From the NCBI GenBank assembly GCA_039208735.1, contig JBCCQY010000094.1:1-35940 (forward strand): DNA of 35,940 nucleotides. The letters are read 5' to 3'. A program made the position numbers and the translations under genes. The number at the start of each line of letters is the position of its first letter. Position 1 is the stretch's first letter. Positions 8,640-18,791 of the stretch are shown here, in pieces. Under the pieces are notes generated by a model. That model worked only from the letters and a program-made list of their open reading frames with translations, was not told the DNA's origin and made no database searches. The DNA comes from Myxococcota bacterium (GTDB lineage: Bacteria; Myxococcota_A; UBA796; GCA-2862545).

Positions 8640-9371
8640 GTGTATCCAATCGAACCGCGCAACGGACGGCTCTTCGTGCTCGAAGGCATCGATGGGACGG
8701 GCAAGACCACCCAGGTTGCCGCGCTGACGGCGTGGCTGCGAGGTTTGGGGCTCGTCGTCCAGGCACGTCGTGAGCCGACGATGGGGCCGCACGGGCGTCG
8801 CCTGCGTGAGAGCGCAAAGACCGGCCGGCTTTCGGTCGAGGAGGAGCTTCGGCTGCTCGAACTCGATCGCCGGGCGCACGTGACCGACGTGATCGGACCT
8901 GCATTGGTGCGGGGAGAGGTGGTGGTGCTCGACCGCTATTACTTCAGCACCGCCGCCTATCAGGGAGCCCGGGGAGCCGATCCAGCCGAGATTGTGCGGC
9001 ACCACGAGTCGTTCGCGCCTCGTCCCGATCTCACCCTGGTGTTGGACCTGGCGCCAGAGACGAGTCGCCAGCGCATCGTCGGACGCGGTGAGGTGGATGC
9101 CTTCGAAGGGCTCGAAGATTTACGGCGGTGTCGAACCATCTTTCAGTCGCTGCTCGCAGACGACGTAAGGCTCTTCGATGCGTCGGTCTCGCCTGAGGAG
9201 CTGACCCCAGACCTTGCCGCAGCGCTATGGCGAGTCTTTGAGGAGACGACACCAGGACTGCCTCCGTTCCCCGAACCCGGGCTTGGCGATGCATCGTGGC
9301 AGGAGCGGGCTCGCCTCGCACTCGCCACCTCGCCGGGGCTCCTCACGGACGATAGCGGAACCCATGGCTGA
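8640..9371 (+). CDS. tmk: Thymidylate kinase
   Basis: EGIDGTGKTTQ P-loop, REP, LDRYYFS.AAYQG, PDLTLVLD motifs. Confidence 0.95.
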   Translation: MYPIEPRNGRLFVLEGIDGTGKTTQVAALTAWLRGLGLVVQARREPTMGPHGRRLRESAKTGRLSVEEELRLLELDRRAHVTDVIGPALVRGEVVVLDRYYFSTAAYQGARGADPAEIVRHHESFAPRPDLTLVLDLAPETSRQRIVGRGEVDAFEGLEDLRRCRTIFQSLLADDVRLFDASVSPEELTPDLAAALWRVFEETTPGLPPFPEPGLGDASWQERARLALATSPGLLTDDSGTHG

Positions 9372-9987
9372 TGGACTGCGCCTGCTGGTCTATGATGACA
9401 CCTGCACCCATGACTTGATTGGGCCGATCGGTCTCACGCACACCTGGCGCGTGGGGGCCCGACTCTACGCGGGACTTGGCCGCCTCGACGCCGCGAAACC
9501 AGCTCGGAACTGGGTGGAGGCGCTGGACTGGCTGTCGACGGTGCGGCGAAGCGAGCCCATCCGCGAGGTGCAGTTCTGGGGCCATGGCAACTGGGGCACG
9601 GCTCGGATCGGACGCGACATCCTCAATCGAGAGGCTTTGAGCCTAAGGCACCCGCTGCATCACGGGTTGCGTGACGTCCGCGAACGGTTGATACCCGGGG
9701 CATTGTGGTGGTTTCGGACGTGTGAGACCTTCGGGGCGACCCGCGGATTGGACTTTGCCCAGGCGTTCACGGACTTTCTGGGCTGCGATGCGGCAGGCCA
9801 TACCCACATCATCGGACCTTGGCAAAGTGGCCTGCATCGACTGTCGCCTGGGCAACGACCGCACTGGCCGCCGACCGAGGGCGTTCGACAGGGCACGCCA
9901 CATGAGCCCCGCCGGGCATGGCGGTCTCAACCTTGGCGACCCCACACCGTTCATTGCCTGCAAGGGGCCGTGCCACGGGGCTGGTGA
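9364..9987 (+). CDS. Hypothetical protein, possible caspase-fold/DUF4347-like His-Cys protein
   Basis: Overlaps the tmk stop; VQFWGHG and WWFRTC strand-end motifs. Confidence 0.65.
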   Translation: MADGLRLLVYDDTCTHDLIGPIGLTHTWRVGARLYAGLGRLDAAKPARNWVEALDWLSTVRRSEPIREVQFWGHGNWGTARIGRDILNREALSLRHPLHHGLRDVRERLIPGALWWFRTCETFGATRGLDFAQAFTDFLGCDAAGHTHIIGPWQSGLHRLSPGQRPHWPPTEGVRQGTPHEPRRAWRSQPWRPHTVHCLQGAVPRGW

Positions 9988-10274
9988 ACCTGCATCAGGG
10001 CTCGTCTTCGCCGCTCTGTCGTGTATCTTCTGAAACTGCAGAAACACCGCTGGTAACCCGTTTGAAACGGTCTCGACCTGGGGGGTGGCGTACCTTCCCC
10101 TCAGCTGATGGAGGCGCTGTCTCAGCGTCACCGGCAGCGTCCGTCGCGTGGATGTCGTTCCCCCCCTTCAGCACCTCGCGGCGGCGCTGCCGGCAGTCTC
10201 CTCGCCGAACGTCACGCTCGTGACATGGAGTCCGCGACGATCGCGGAACACCTTCCAGTACACCTGGAGGGACC

Positions 10275-11861
10275 ATGAGGTTGCGAGTTTGGGTTGGCTT
10301 GGGTTCGTTGGGAATGGCGTTGGGCTGTCCGTCCGCGACGCCCATCGTGGAAGTGTCGTCTCCCGATCTCACCACGCCTCCATCAACCCCTCCGTCGACG
10401 CCTCCAACGCCGACGACTCCACCGTCGGCCCGGTGCGGCGATGGGGTGCTCGATCCGGGTGAGGCCTGTGACAACGGTGAAGCAAACGCCGATGATGGGG
10501 ATTGCACGACCGCATGTCAGCTCGCACGATGTGGAGACGGTTTCGTTCACGCGGGGGTCGAAGGCTGCGACGACGAAAATGGCTTTGGCGGCGATGGCTG
10601 CAGTCCCCAATGCGCGCTCCCCTACGACCTCGACCTTTCGACGGCGTTGGAGATCATGGGCACGATCGACAACCCCCTGGACGATGCGCGAGGTGGGGTT
10701 GACGTGAATGATGACGGGTTCGACGACTTGGTGATCGTGTCCCAGCCGACGTTCTTTTTTAGTGATCCGTCCATCCATGTCGTCTATGGCCCGCAGACGG
10801 GCGACAGCACCCTGGACCAAAGTGATGTTCGGATTTCCGGGTGGCCGCAGGAGTTCTATGACGCGATGACGGTTGGCGATTTCGATGGCGATGATCACGC
10901 GGATCTTGCCGTGGGTTTTCGGTTCGTGGGCGGCGGCAGCGTCTACGTCTACTCGGGGGCCGACCTTCAAACGTCGGCCACCCAGCTGATCACACCGGGA
11001 CCGGAAGACCATCTTGGGGCGAGTCTCGCCGCTGCGGATGTGGATGGCGATGGCGTCGACGAACTGCTGGTGGGGGCTCCGCAGGCGAGTCTGCCGGTCG
11101 CCTCTGATGCCCAACAGGGAGCCGCCTATGTGTTGGCTGACCCCGCCTCCGGCTGGGTGGAAGATTCGGCGGTGGCGACCTTTGCGGGGGCCAACGAGGG
11201 CGATGGGACGGGTTACCGCGTCGACGGGGTCGGTGATCTCGATGGCGATGGCCATGACGAGATTGCAGTCATTTCCCTCATTCCTGACGGGCAGTCCCGC
11301 ATCGACATCTTCTCTGGACCTCTCTTGGGGGCGTTCGATGCTTCGGATGCGGTGGCTACGCTCTTTGGGTCGGAACGGAGCGTGGGCATCGCGCGGGCAG
11401 CTTCTGCCGGCGACGTCAATGGGGACGGGGTTGGCGATCTGCTGATCGGACTGCCGTTCGAGGACGACGACCGTGGCGTGGTGCAGCTTTGGTTGGGTCC
11501 CGTGGCGGGGACCCTCGATGCCTCCCAGGCCGATGCCACCATCACGGGCGTCGATCCCGACGACAACCTCGGCTTCGGGTTGGCCGGGGTGGGCGATCTC
11601 GACGGGGATGGCTACGGCGAGATCTTGCTCGGGGCGGCCAACGTAGACTTCAACCAAGGTGCTGCGTACCTGTTCCGGGGGCCGCTGGAGGGAGACCTTG
11701 AGGTTCGCAATGCCGAGGTCACGATGCGGGGAGCCGACCTGTTCACGGGGTGGCGCACGGGCTCGGCCGGGGACTTCGATGGAGACGGCATCGATGATGT
11801 ATTCGTGGCGACCTGGGACATCGTCGGCCGACTGTGGGTGGTGAGTGGTGCCTCGCTTTAG
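10275..11861 (+). CDS. Lipoprotein with myxobacterial Cys-rich repeats and FG-GAP/integrin-like beta-propeller
   Basis: Lipobox ALGC; CGDG..E.CD repeats; multiple GD(F/V/L)(D/N)GDG..D and LVGAP repeats. Confidence 0.88.
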   Translation: MRLRVWVGLGSLGMALGCPSATPIVEVSSPDLTTPPSTPPSTPPTPTTPPSARCGDGVLDPGEACDNGEANADDGDCTTACQLARCGDGFVHAGVEGCDDENGFGGDGCSPQCALPYDLDLSTALEIMGTIDNPLDDARGGVDVNDDGFDDLVIVSQPTFFFSDPSIHVVYGPQTGDSTLDQSDVRISGWPQEFYDAMTVGDFDGDDHADLAVGFRFVGGGSVYVYSGADLQTSATQLITPGPEDHLGASLAAADVDGDGVDELLVGAPQASLPVASDAQQGAAYVLADPASGWVEDSAVATFAGANEGDGTGYRVDGVGDLDGDGHDEIAVISLIPDGQSRIDIFSGPLLGAFDASDAVATLFGSERSVGIARAASAGDVNGDGVGDLLIGLPFEDDDRGVVQLWLGPVAGTLDASQADATITGVDPDDNLGFGLAGVGDLDGDGYGEILLGAANVDFNQGAAYLFRGPLEGDLEVRNAEVTMRGADLFTGWRTGSAGDFDGDGIDDVFVATWDIVGRLWVVSGASL

Positions 11862-12742
11862 ACCCCCTCTTTGGTGAGCCCTCCGAGGAGTTTAGGCGCC
11901 TGAGTTCGTGCGAATCGTGCGAAGTGATCGATGATCACTCGGATTCGCGGGCTATGGCGCAGATCGGAATGGGTAAGGATCCACAGCGAGGAATCCCCGA
12001 GGCGGGGTTCGGTCAGCCGCACGAGCCCTGGGTCAGCGTCGCCAAACACACAGGCGAGCGACAGGACGGTATGCCCGCGCCGGGCCGCTTCGAGGAGGAC
12101 GGGTACGGAGTTGGCGTACATCACCACGGGCTGGTCGGGTGAAGTGGCGGCACGGGCTGCCTCCAAGGTCCCCGTCGTGCTCGACGACCACCCAAACCAC
12201 GGCCAGGTCTCGCGGGGACGATTTAGCAGCGAGGGCGCGCCGTACATCGCTTCGGCCATGGGCGCCAGACGTCGCCCCACGAGATGCTCCGGTGGGTCCG
12301 CGACCCGCCGCAATGCAACGTCGGCTTCCCGTCGGGTGAGGCTGCGAAAGTCGTCGTCGACCACCAATTCGAGGTCGAGTTGAGGGTAGCGGTCGGTGAA
12401 GTTCCGCAATTCGTCGATCCAGAGCGTGGCCAGTAGCTCTGGCAGGGTGAGGCGAAGGAGCCCGGTGGGCTCCTCATCGACCCCATCCAAGCGTCGCCCC
12501 AACGAAAGCAGTTGATCTTCCACCGCAACCGCGGCTTCGACCACTGCCTCCCCAGCCGCGGTGAGTCGGACCCCCCCTCGCAGGACGTCGAACAGCCGAA
12601 TCGCAAGCTTCTCTTCGAGGGCCCGCAGCCGGCGGGTCACCGTGGTTTGATCCACGCCAAGGGCGCGGGCGGCTCGGGTCAAGGTGCCTTCGCGAGCGAT
12701 GGACAGCACGAAGCGTAGGTCATCCCAAGACTTCAGCGTCAT
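11858..12742 (-). CDS. LysR-family transcriptional regulator
   Basis: [44 protein letters not shown] substrate domain. Confidence 0.95.
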   Translation of the reverse strand: MTLKSWDDLRFVLSIAREGTLTRAARALGVDQTTVTRRLRALEEKLAIRLFDVLRGGVRLTAAGEAVVEAAVAVEDQLLSLGRRLDGVDEEPTGLLRLTLPELLATLWIDELRNFTDRYPQLDLELVVDDDFRSLTRREADVALRRVADPPEHLVGRRLAPMAEAMYGAPSLLNRPRETWPWFGWSSSTTGTLEAARAATSPDQPVVMYANSVPVLLEAARRGHTVLSLACVFGDADPGLVRLTEPRLGDSSLWILTHSDLRHSPRIRVIIDHFARFARTQAPKLLGGLTKEGV

Positions 12743-12879
12743 CGATGCCTCCCCCCCAAGACCTGCATTTTTGCGACCGGTGGCCGCCAAGGTTCGGGTT
12801 TTGCTTGGTCATTGCTTGGCTATGGAGCCGAGGTGACCCCTATCGTGCTCGGGGCCGCATCGAACCAAAGGAGATGCCC

Positions 12880-13380
12880 ATGAAACGGGCGGAATCGATC
12901 GACATCGAAGCTTCCCCCGACAAGGTCTGGGCCGTGAGTGCCGAGCAGTTCGCCGATATTGGCGTCTGGTCGAGTGGCGTGACGCGGTCTCATGCCCTGC
13001 CCCTGACCAGCCAAGCCCAGGTCGGGCAATCGCTCGGGGTTGCCGGTCGCGTGTGCGAAACGCCCCAAGGCGAGACGATTGAGACGCTGACCGAACTGGA
13101 TGCGGCAAGCCGGACCTTCACCTACGAAATCACGGGTGATGCAATGCCATTCTTCGTGAAGCGCGCCACCAACACCTGGTCCGTGACGCCATTGGGTCCG
13201 AACCGGACTCGCCTCACCATGTCGGTGGAGATGCAAAGGAAGGGCCTGGTCGGCGCGGTGATGGATCCGATGATGGGCTTTGGCATGGGTCGGGTGCTTC
13301 GCACGAACCTCGAGGATCTCAAGCACTTCATCGAGACGGGGACCCAGACGGCGCGAAAGGCGAAGCTCGCCACGGCCTGA
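12880..13380 (+). CDS. SRPBCC (START/polyketide cyclase-like) protein
   Basis: IDIEASPDKVW, GRVC, C-terminal LEDLKHFIETG helix; AAGGAG RBS; divergent from LysR. Confidence 0.88.
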   Translation: MKRAESIDIEASPDKVWAVSAEQFADIGVWSSGVTRSHALPLTSQAQVGQSLGVAGRVCETPQGETIETLTELDAASRTFTYEITGDAMPFFVKRATNTWSVTPLGPNRTRLTMSVEMQRKGLVGAVMDPMMGFGMGRVLRTNLEDLKHFIETGTQTARKAKLATA

Positions 13381-13433
13381 CACCGTCATTCGGGGGTGGT
13401 GTCGCAGGCATTCGGCGCAGGTTAGCCAGCGCT

Positions 13434-14003
13434 ATGGCCAAACGTGACGAACAGCGGCGCACCAAGCGCCTGGCGAAGCAAAAGAAGCGGCGGGCGAATG
13501 CCTCTCGTCCGTCGAAGGATCCGGGGAGCATGGTGGCGGCGCCGCCCCCCTCGACGTCGGGGGCCAGCCAGTGGCCGCTGGGCGACTGCCTCGTGAGCGA
13601 ACGCTACGACCAGCCTTCGGCGGAACTCACCGCAGTGGTCACCCGAGTCCATCCGGACGGACGAGCCATGGCGGCGTTCGTCGAACTGGATCGCGCGACT
13701 GAGGGGATTCGGAGCATCAAGCTCCAGGGCTTCCCGTCGCTCGACAATGTGTACGGCGAATGTGCGAATCGCTCCGAGCGTTCCGACCAGGCGATCATCG
13801 GCGCGCCATCTGGCATCGTGGCGGGACTGATCGTCGATGCCTACGAAAACGGATCAAACCGCCGTCCCGCGGGCTGGGACAAGCTCGAACAGCTCCTTCA
13901 CGACATTGAGCCGCTCGAGGCCCGGCCGGCCTTTGGGGAGCCGCCCGTCGACAAACCGAAGGGCGGGGGGCTGCTCGACCGCCTGTTCCGGTGGCTCGGC
14001 TAG
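13434..14003 (+). CDS. Hypothetical protein with basic N-terminus
   Basis: 189-aa ORF filling the gap, convergent with the next gene; no recognised motif. Confidence 0.7.
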   Translation: MAKRDEQRRTKRLAKQKKRRANASRPSKDPGSMVAAPPPSTSGASQWPLGDCLVSERYDQPSAELTAVVTRVHPDGRAMAAFVELDRATEGIRSIKLQGFPSLDNVYGECANRSERSDQAIIGAPSGIVAGLIVDAYENGSNRRPAGWDKLEQLLHDIEPLEARPAFGEPPVDKPKGGGLLDRLFRWLG

Positions 14004-15424
14004 CGGGCGCGACGGCGACGCAAGACGGCGAGGAACAGCAGGGGGGTGAGCATCCACGCCCGGCTGCCATCGTCGTTGTTGTTGCAGCATCCGCCGAGGG
14101 CGGTGCCCGGAGGGCGGGCGGGCGCCGTATCTTTGAACGTCTCGGCGATGATCCAGCCCGTGTTGGCCGAACCGACCCACTCGTAGGCCCCTGCATCGGG
14201 TGAGGCACCGTCGCGGGCGACCCGGTTGAAGTCTTCGATCGGGATGTAGGCTTCGCCGAGCGGGGTGCCCGCGTCGCGCGCCCGAGACCCGGGGGACAGG
14301 TAGAAATCGAAGTTGTCGATGTCCATGAAGTCGGCGACCCCGCCGCCTTCAATCACGAAGTCGGGACGGACGATCACATCGAAGCCCTCGATGAGCCCCG
14401 TGACCACATTGTTGGAGATGAAGTTGGTGGTGTCGGGGGGAAGGTCTTTGCCGTACTTCTTGTAAAAGTCGGGCTCGGACCTCGGATCGTCGTACAACAA
14501 GCTTCGGCCCGTCGAATTCGACAGCACGTTGTTGGCGAAGACAAGGCCTTCCCGGTCGAACCAATCCCGAAGGAATGCGCCGTAGCCATTGGTGCGCGCC
14601 ACGGTGTTGTGGCTGATCTGTACATCGAACAGGGTGTCGCCCTCGTCGTGCGCGAAGATGCCCTCGTCGCCCGTCTCGAAGATGACGTTGTTCTGAACCA
14701 AGGCAGGACCGTACACGTCGATCCCGTCGTCCTCGATTTGCCAGATCGCATTGCCACGAGCCACGTTCTGCTCGCCGAACTGGGTGTCGGGAAGGATGAG
14801 TCCGTCCGCTCCGGCCCGGAACACCACATTGTCGAAGATCTCGACGGCCTGGGTTCCTGGGTAGAACAGAAGCCCCGTGTTGCCGACGTCATGAACCAGG
14901 TTGTTCTCGACGAGACTGTCCTGCATCCAGCAGCCGCCATCCGGACAGCCAACGACGATCCCCCCGCCGTCCTGGACGGGGCCCACCTCGTTCAGAGCGA
15001 TGCGGATGTTGTTGGTGTCGCCCTCGATGCGAAGGCCACTGTTGCGAACGTTTCGCATCACGCAGTTGGTGACCGTCACGTTGGTTGAATCGGCCACCTG
15101 GAAGCCCAAGTGGTTCGTCTTTTCCGGGTCGACCCCTTCGAAGATGATGTCGCTCACGTCGACGTACGCCGAGTTGACGACCCGAGCGACGTAGCCACCG
15201 CCACTGCTGCGCAGGACGGTGCCTCCGTCGGGTGCCCCAACGATTCGAATGGGGTTGGCGGATTCGCCAAGTCCCTCCCACGTAACGGTGCCCTCGAGTT
15301 CGAACGTGCCCGCTGTGAAGGTGACGGTGTCACCCGCAAGCAGCGAAGACGTGACGACACCTACATCATCGCCCGGTGACACGGTCACGCTTGCGCCGTG
15401 TGCCAAAGCAGCCATCCACCACAT
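14000..15424 (-). CDS. Right-handed parallel beta-helix surface protein with MYXO-CTERM-like anchor
   Basis: Repeated xNNxx strands, PDAGAYE motif, C-terminal GGCC...hydrophobic...RRRR; GGAGGAG RBS. Confidence 0.85.
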   Translation of the reverse strand: MWWMAALAHGASVTVSPGDDVGVVTSSLLAGDTVTFTAGTFELEGTVTWEGLGESANPIRIVGAPDGGTVLRSSGGGYVARVVNSAYVDVSDIIFEGVDPEKTNHLGFQVADSTNVTVTNCVMRNVRNSGLRIEGDTNNIRIALNEVGPVQDGGGIVVGCPDGGCWMQDSLVENNLVHDVGNTGLLFYPGTQAVEIFDNVVFRAGADGLILPDTQFGEQNVARGNAIWQIEDDGIDVYGPALVQNNVIFETGDEGIFAHDEGDTLFDVQISHNTVARTNGYGAFLRDWFDREGLVFANNVLSNSTGRSLLYDDPRSEPDFYKKYGKDLPPDTTNFISNNVVTGLIEGFDVIVRPDFVIEGGGVADFMDIDNFDFYLSPGSRARDAGTPLGEAYIPIEDFNRVARDGASPDAGAYEWVGSANTGWIIAETFKDTAPARPPGTALGGCCNNNDDGSRAWMLTPLLFLAVLRRRRAR

Positions 15425-15445
15425 CGCGATCTCCTCCGTGCCCCG

Positions 15446-17638
15446 CTATTGGACCGACGGCCCGCCGGTATATCCCCGGTCGTTCCGGGTGTTGTCAAGC
15501 GCGTCATTCCACTGTGGCGCCGGGTTGCCCGAGTCGAGCAGGGGCGAACCCGAATCTGGCACGAGGTTGTCGTTGCCGGGATTGGCATCGTCGTTGAAAA
15601 ACACGATGCCGGGATCCTCAACGAGGTTGGTCTCGTCGAGGGGTTCGCCGTTACCGTCCACAATGGCCCCTGCAAAGTGGACCAAGGTGTTCGTAAGGAA
15701 TGCCGTGTTGTAGTCGACCACCGCGGTGCTCCCCGGCGCAACGTACAACGCGGATTCGCCATCGTTGGCGAGCATCATGTTGGACGTGATGAGCAGGTCG
15801 GCGTTGGCGGGAGCGAGTACGGCGATGGCGGCCCCTTCGAACCCAATGGCCTGATTGCCCGTGAGGGTGTTGTTGTGGAAGGCAAAGCCACTGGGATCGG
15901 CTTTGCCACCCAGCACGACCAACGCCCCGCCTTCGCCAAGGGCAGTGTTGTCCTGGAAGCGATTGCGGTTCATGGCGCCTGCGGTGGGTACGAAGCCACG
16001 CGTCGCGATCGCGCCCCCGGCGGTGGTGGCGTCGTTGCGCCAGAACCGATTGCCCTCGATGGTGGCGGCGGGGGTGGCTCCGGTCAGGTAGATGGCCCCA
16101 CCTTCGGCCCCCGTGTTGTCGTCGAACAGGGCCCCGACGATGGTGAGTTCGGCGGGCGCTTCGGCCCGAATGGCTCCACCCTGGGCCGCCGCTACGTTCC
16201 CCTGGTAGAGCGTGCCTTCGTCGTCCCGCAGGACCGACCCGGCCAACGTGATGGCGCCGGCATCGTCGCCCGCTTCGTTATCGATGAACGCGCATCCCGG
16301 ACCGATCGTTAGCGAGCCCGAGGTGACCGCGATGGCCCCTCCGTCGGCCGCGCTGCGGTTGTCCTCGGCGACCACGTTCGAAAGGGTCAGGTCCGCGGTC
16401 GTGACCTGCACGGCCCCGCCGTCTAGCGGCACATCGCCCCCTGTGAGGGTCAAGTTTGCAAGCGCCACATTGGCGAAGCCTGTCACCGTGACATGCGGCG
16501 TGTCGGCCGCGGCCTCCAAAATGACATCGGTGGGATTGCCCGACTGGCCGGCAAGCGTCACCGTTTCGCCATCGATCGTGACCCCAATGTCGGGGTAGGT
16601 GCCCGGCTGGAGGACGACCCGGCGACACACGTCGTCAAGGTTGGCAAGGGCGAAGGGAATCGTCTCGAACGGATCAGCGTCGGTGCCGGCACCTTTGTTG
16701 CTGCCGTTGGGCGAAACGACCACGGGGAAGGCGTTGGGATCGTTGTCGTCGCAGTCGCAGGCTTGCGTCACATCGTCGGGGTCGCACGGACCCTGGGGCG
16801 TACACACCGATACGCCATCGTTGTCGGCATCGATGTCGTCGGTGCCGCCGTCGCAATCATTGTCGACGCCATCACAGACCTCGATGCCATTGGGCGTGGC
16901 CCTCGGCTCGTTGTCGTCGCAATCGCCATCGCACAGCGTGAAGCCATCGTTGTCGACGTCGTTGCGTTCGGCGGTCAACGGATCGCAGTCGTTGTCCTTG
17001 TTGGCCTCGTCGCAGATCTCGTCCATGCCCGGATTGACTTCGTCGTCGAAGTCATCACAGTCCCCCTCGCAAACGAGCCAATCGTCGTCGTCTTCGTCGA
17101 GTTCATCGGCCAGCAGTTCGTCGTCACAGTCGTTGTCGATGCCGTCGCAGATCTCGGTAGCGCCCGGATAGACCTGGTCGTTGTCGTCGTCACAGTCGCC
17201 CTGGGCGGCGGAAAATCCATCACCATCGGCGTCCTCGGCGGACAAGCCACCCACCCCTCGGAGCGTCACCGAAACACTGGGCTCGATGGCGGCGTCGGTG
17301 CGCACTTGCAATGCGCCTGTGTACTGCCGACCCTGTTCTTCGGGCTCGATGATCACCGTGATGATGCCGGACTGTCCGGCCGTGATTGTTTGCACTGCGG
17401 CTCGGTCGACCGAAAACACATCGGGATCGCCATTGGTCAGCGTCACCGACAGCAAGGTGATGGTGCCGCCGCCCTCGTTGGTCAGGGTGAGGTCCGCCGT
17501 CGTTGGGGAGTCCACGGGGGCCACGCCAAAATCAATCGTGAGGGGGCTCACGGTGAGTCGGGATGGCCCTGATTCGCCGTTAAACCCACCACAGCCGACA
17601 AATCCCATGAATATGAAAGCCGATGCGGTGCGTATCAT
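15446..17638 (-). CDS. Large lipoprotein: Ig-like domain, DCDD/E.CDG.DNDCD metal-binding repeats, GGAI beta-helix repeats
   Basis: Lipobox FVGC; IDFG..LTN.G Ig-like region; Cys/Asp repeats; F.xN.A..GGAI repeats; ATGA coupling to the upstream gene. Confidence 0.85.
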   Translation of the reverse strand: MIRTASAFIFMGFVGCGGFNGESGPSRLTVSPLTIDFGVAPVDSPTTADLTLTNEGGGTITLLSVTLTNGDPDVFSVDRAAVQTITAGQSGIITVIIEPEEQGRQYTGALQVRTDAAIEPSVSVTLRGVGGLSAEDADGDGFSAAQGDCDDDNDQVYPGATEICDGIDNDCDDELLADELDEDDDDWLVCEGDCDDFDDEVNPGMDEICDEANKDNDCDPLTAERNDVDNDGFTLCDGDCDDNEPRATPNGIEVCDGVDNDCDGGTDDIDADNDGVSVCTPQGPCDPDDVTQACDCDDNDPNAFPVVVSPNGSNKGAGTDADPFETIPFALANLDDVCRRVVLQPGTYPDIGVTIDGETVTLAGQSGNPTDVILEAAADTPHVTVTGFANVALANLTLTGGDVPLDGGAVQVTTADLTLSNVVAEDNRSAADGGAIAVTSGSLTIGPGCAFIDNEAGDDAGAITLAGSVLRDDEGTLYQGNVAAAQGGAIRAEAPAELTIVGALFDDNTGAEGGAIYLTGATPAATIEGNRFWRNDATTAGGAIATRGFVPTAGAMNRNRFQDNTALGEGGALVVLGGKADPSGFAFHNNTLTGNQAIGFEGAAIAVLAPANADLLITSNMMLANDGESALYVAPGSTAVVDYNTAFLTNTLVHFAGAIVDGNGEPLDETNLVEDPGIVFFNDDANPGNDNLVPDSGSPLLDSGNPAPQWNDALDNTRNDRGYTGGPSVQ

Positions 17639-18279
17639 GGGGTTTCTTCCTCTTCTTCGGAGAAGTCCGCGAAGCAGATGCTGACGTCGCCCTCCACGAC
17701 TCGGAAGGCAAAGCCGCTTTCGTCGCTGGCGCGATGGGCGTAGTACACATCGATCGGTGCGACGCCGGCATCCATCTCGAAGGTGTACGTTTCCCGTTCG
17801 AACGACTGAATGCCGGGGCGTTCGACCACGGGATCTCCGTCGATGTAGACCCACGAGTCATCGGAAGAACCAACCACCAACGTCACATCGGTGTCGTCCC
17901 AGGCCCGAATCCACGCTGACCAGTGCACCGAGAAGAACGACGGATCGCCTTCGAGACCCTCATCGACGCGCCAGAAGTTCCGGCCGAAATCCAGCGTGGG
18001 GTCGAAGTCCTCGAACGCCTCGCGTTCAAACCAGTCGAGCTGGGTGGGGTCGGTGCCTGCGGGCGGGTCCGCGGGCCGTGGCAGGACGTCGGGATGGTCG
18101 ACGGTCAGGTTGTAGTACTGGCCTCGCCACCCCTGAAAGCAGTTCTGCCAATCGGGAGGACCGCCCCGCTCGGGCTCATCCCCCGGTGGCTCGGCCGGAG
18201 GCACCACAGGGCCCCGGACGAGGGTGGACTCGCGGCTACAGCCCGTAAACGACAGGAGGACACCGAGCGAAACGAGCAT
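17635..18279 (-). CDS. PA14-domain lipoprotein
   Basis: Lipobox FTGC; GWRGQYY, FSVHW, SSDDSWVYIDG motifs. Confidence 0.85.
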   Translation of the reverse strand: MLVSLGVLLSFTGCSRESTLVRGPVVPPAEPPGDEPERGGPPDWQNCFQGWRGQYYNLTVDHPDVLPRPADPPAGTDPTQLDWFEREAFEDFDPTLDFGRNFWRVDEGLEGDPSFFSVHWSAWIRAWDDTDVTLVVGSSDDSWVYIDGDPVVERPGIQSFERETYTFEMDAGVAPIDVYYAHRASDESGFAFRVVEGDVSICFADFSEEEEETP

Positions 18280-18281
18280 GG

Positions 18282-18683
18282 TCAGGACTCCTCTGGCGAG
18301 CCGCTAAAGGAAGCGCGCCCAATCGAAGGAAACACGTCACAGCGAAGGTATTCTTCAAGCAGCTCCCGCTCGACGGGAAGCATCCCGCCGGCCGGAGGCA
18401 TCGTCTGATCCCCGATGGCCTCGGCCTCGATCAATTCGGCCCAGAACAACACATCTTCCTCATTGTCGAAGTCGATGCCCATCGGTGCGCCGCCGCGTTG
18501 GGCTTCGCGCACGAACTGACTGTGGCAGGGACGACAATGGCGTCCGATCAGTCCGTCCCCCGTGTTGTCGTAGTCGAGCGGGGGTTCGCGGAGGCAGGTG
18601 TTCGTGAGCGGGACGCCTTGGCCAATCACCGCATCCCCGCATCCCAGCACGAGGACCATCGAACCCAGGAAAACCGTTCGCAC
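18282..18683 (-). CDS. Small monoheme c-type cytochrome lipoprotein
   Basis: GAGGAG RBS with GTG start; lipobox VLGC; CRPCH heme motif and distal MPP. Confidence 0.82.
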   Translation of the reverse strand: MRTVFLGSMVLVLGCGDAVIGQGVPLTNTCLREPPLDYDNTGDGLIGRHCRPCHSQFVREAQRGGAPMGIDFDNEEDVLFWAELIEAEAIGDQTMPPAGGMLPVERELLEEYLRCDVFPSIGRASFSGSPEES

Positions 18684-18704
18684 GCAGACTCCTCGGGCAA
18701 CAAT

Positions 18705-18731
18705 GCCCGAACCCCAGTTTGGGGTTCGGGC
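18705..18731. terminator. Perfect 12-bp intergenic hairpin (terminator or mRNA-stability element)
   Basis: GCCCGAACCCCA-GTT-TGGGGTTCGGGC; no strong U-tract. Confidence 0.45.
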
Positions 18732-18791
18732 GCATCGGGTCTTAGTGTACCGCCGGCACACCTACAACGGTGCGCCAGCGGGGTTGGAGGC

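Noticed and set aside
7407..10070. Two TTTGAAAC words resembling CRISPR repeat ends
   Set aside because: Isolated, 2.6 kb apart, no repeat-spacer periodicity and no cas genes.
9988..10274. Intergenic region with several small hairpins, one covering the downstream RBS (CCTTCCAG/CTGGAGGG)
   Set aside because: No match to an RNA family I recognise; short stems are common at this GC content.
16740..17230. gtcgtc/tcgtcg-rich repetitive DNA
   Set aside because: Explained by Asp/Cys-rich protein repeats on the minus strand.
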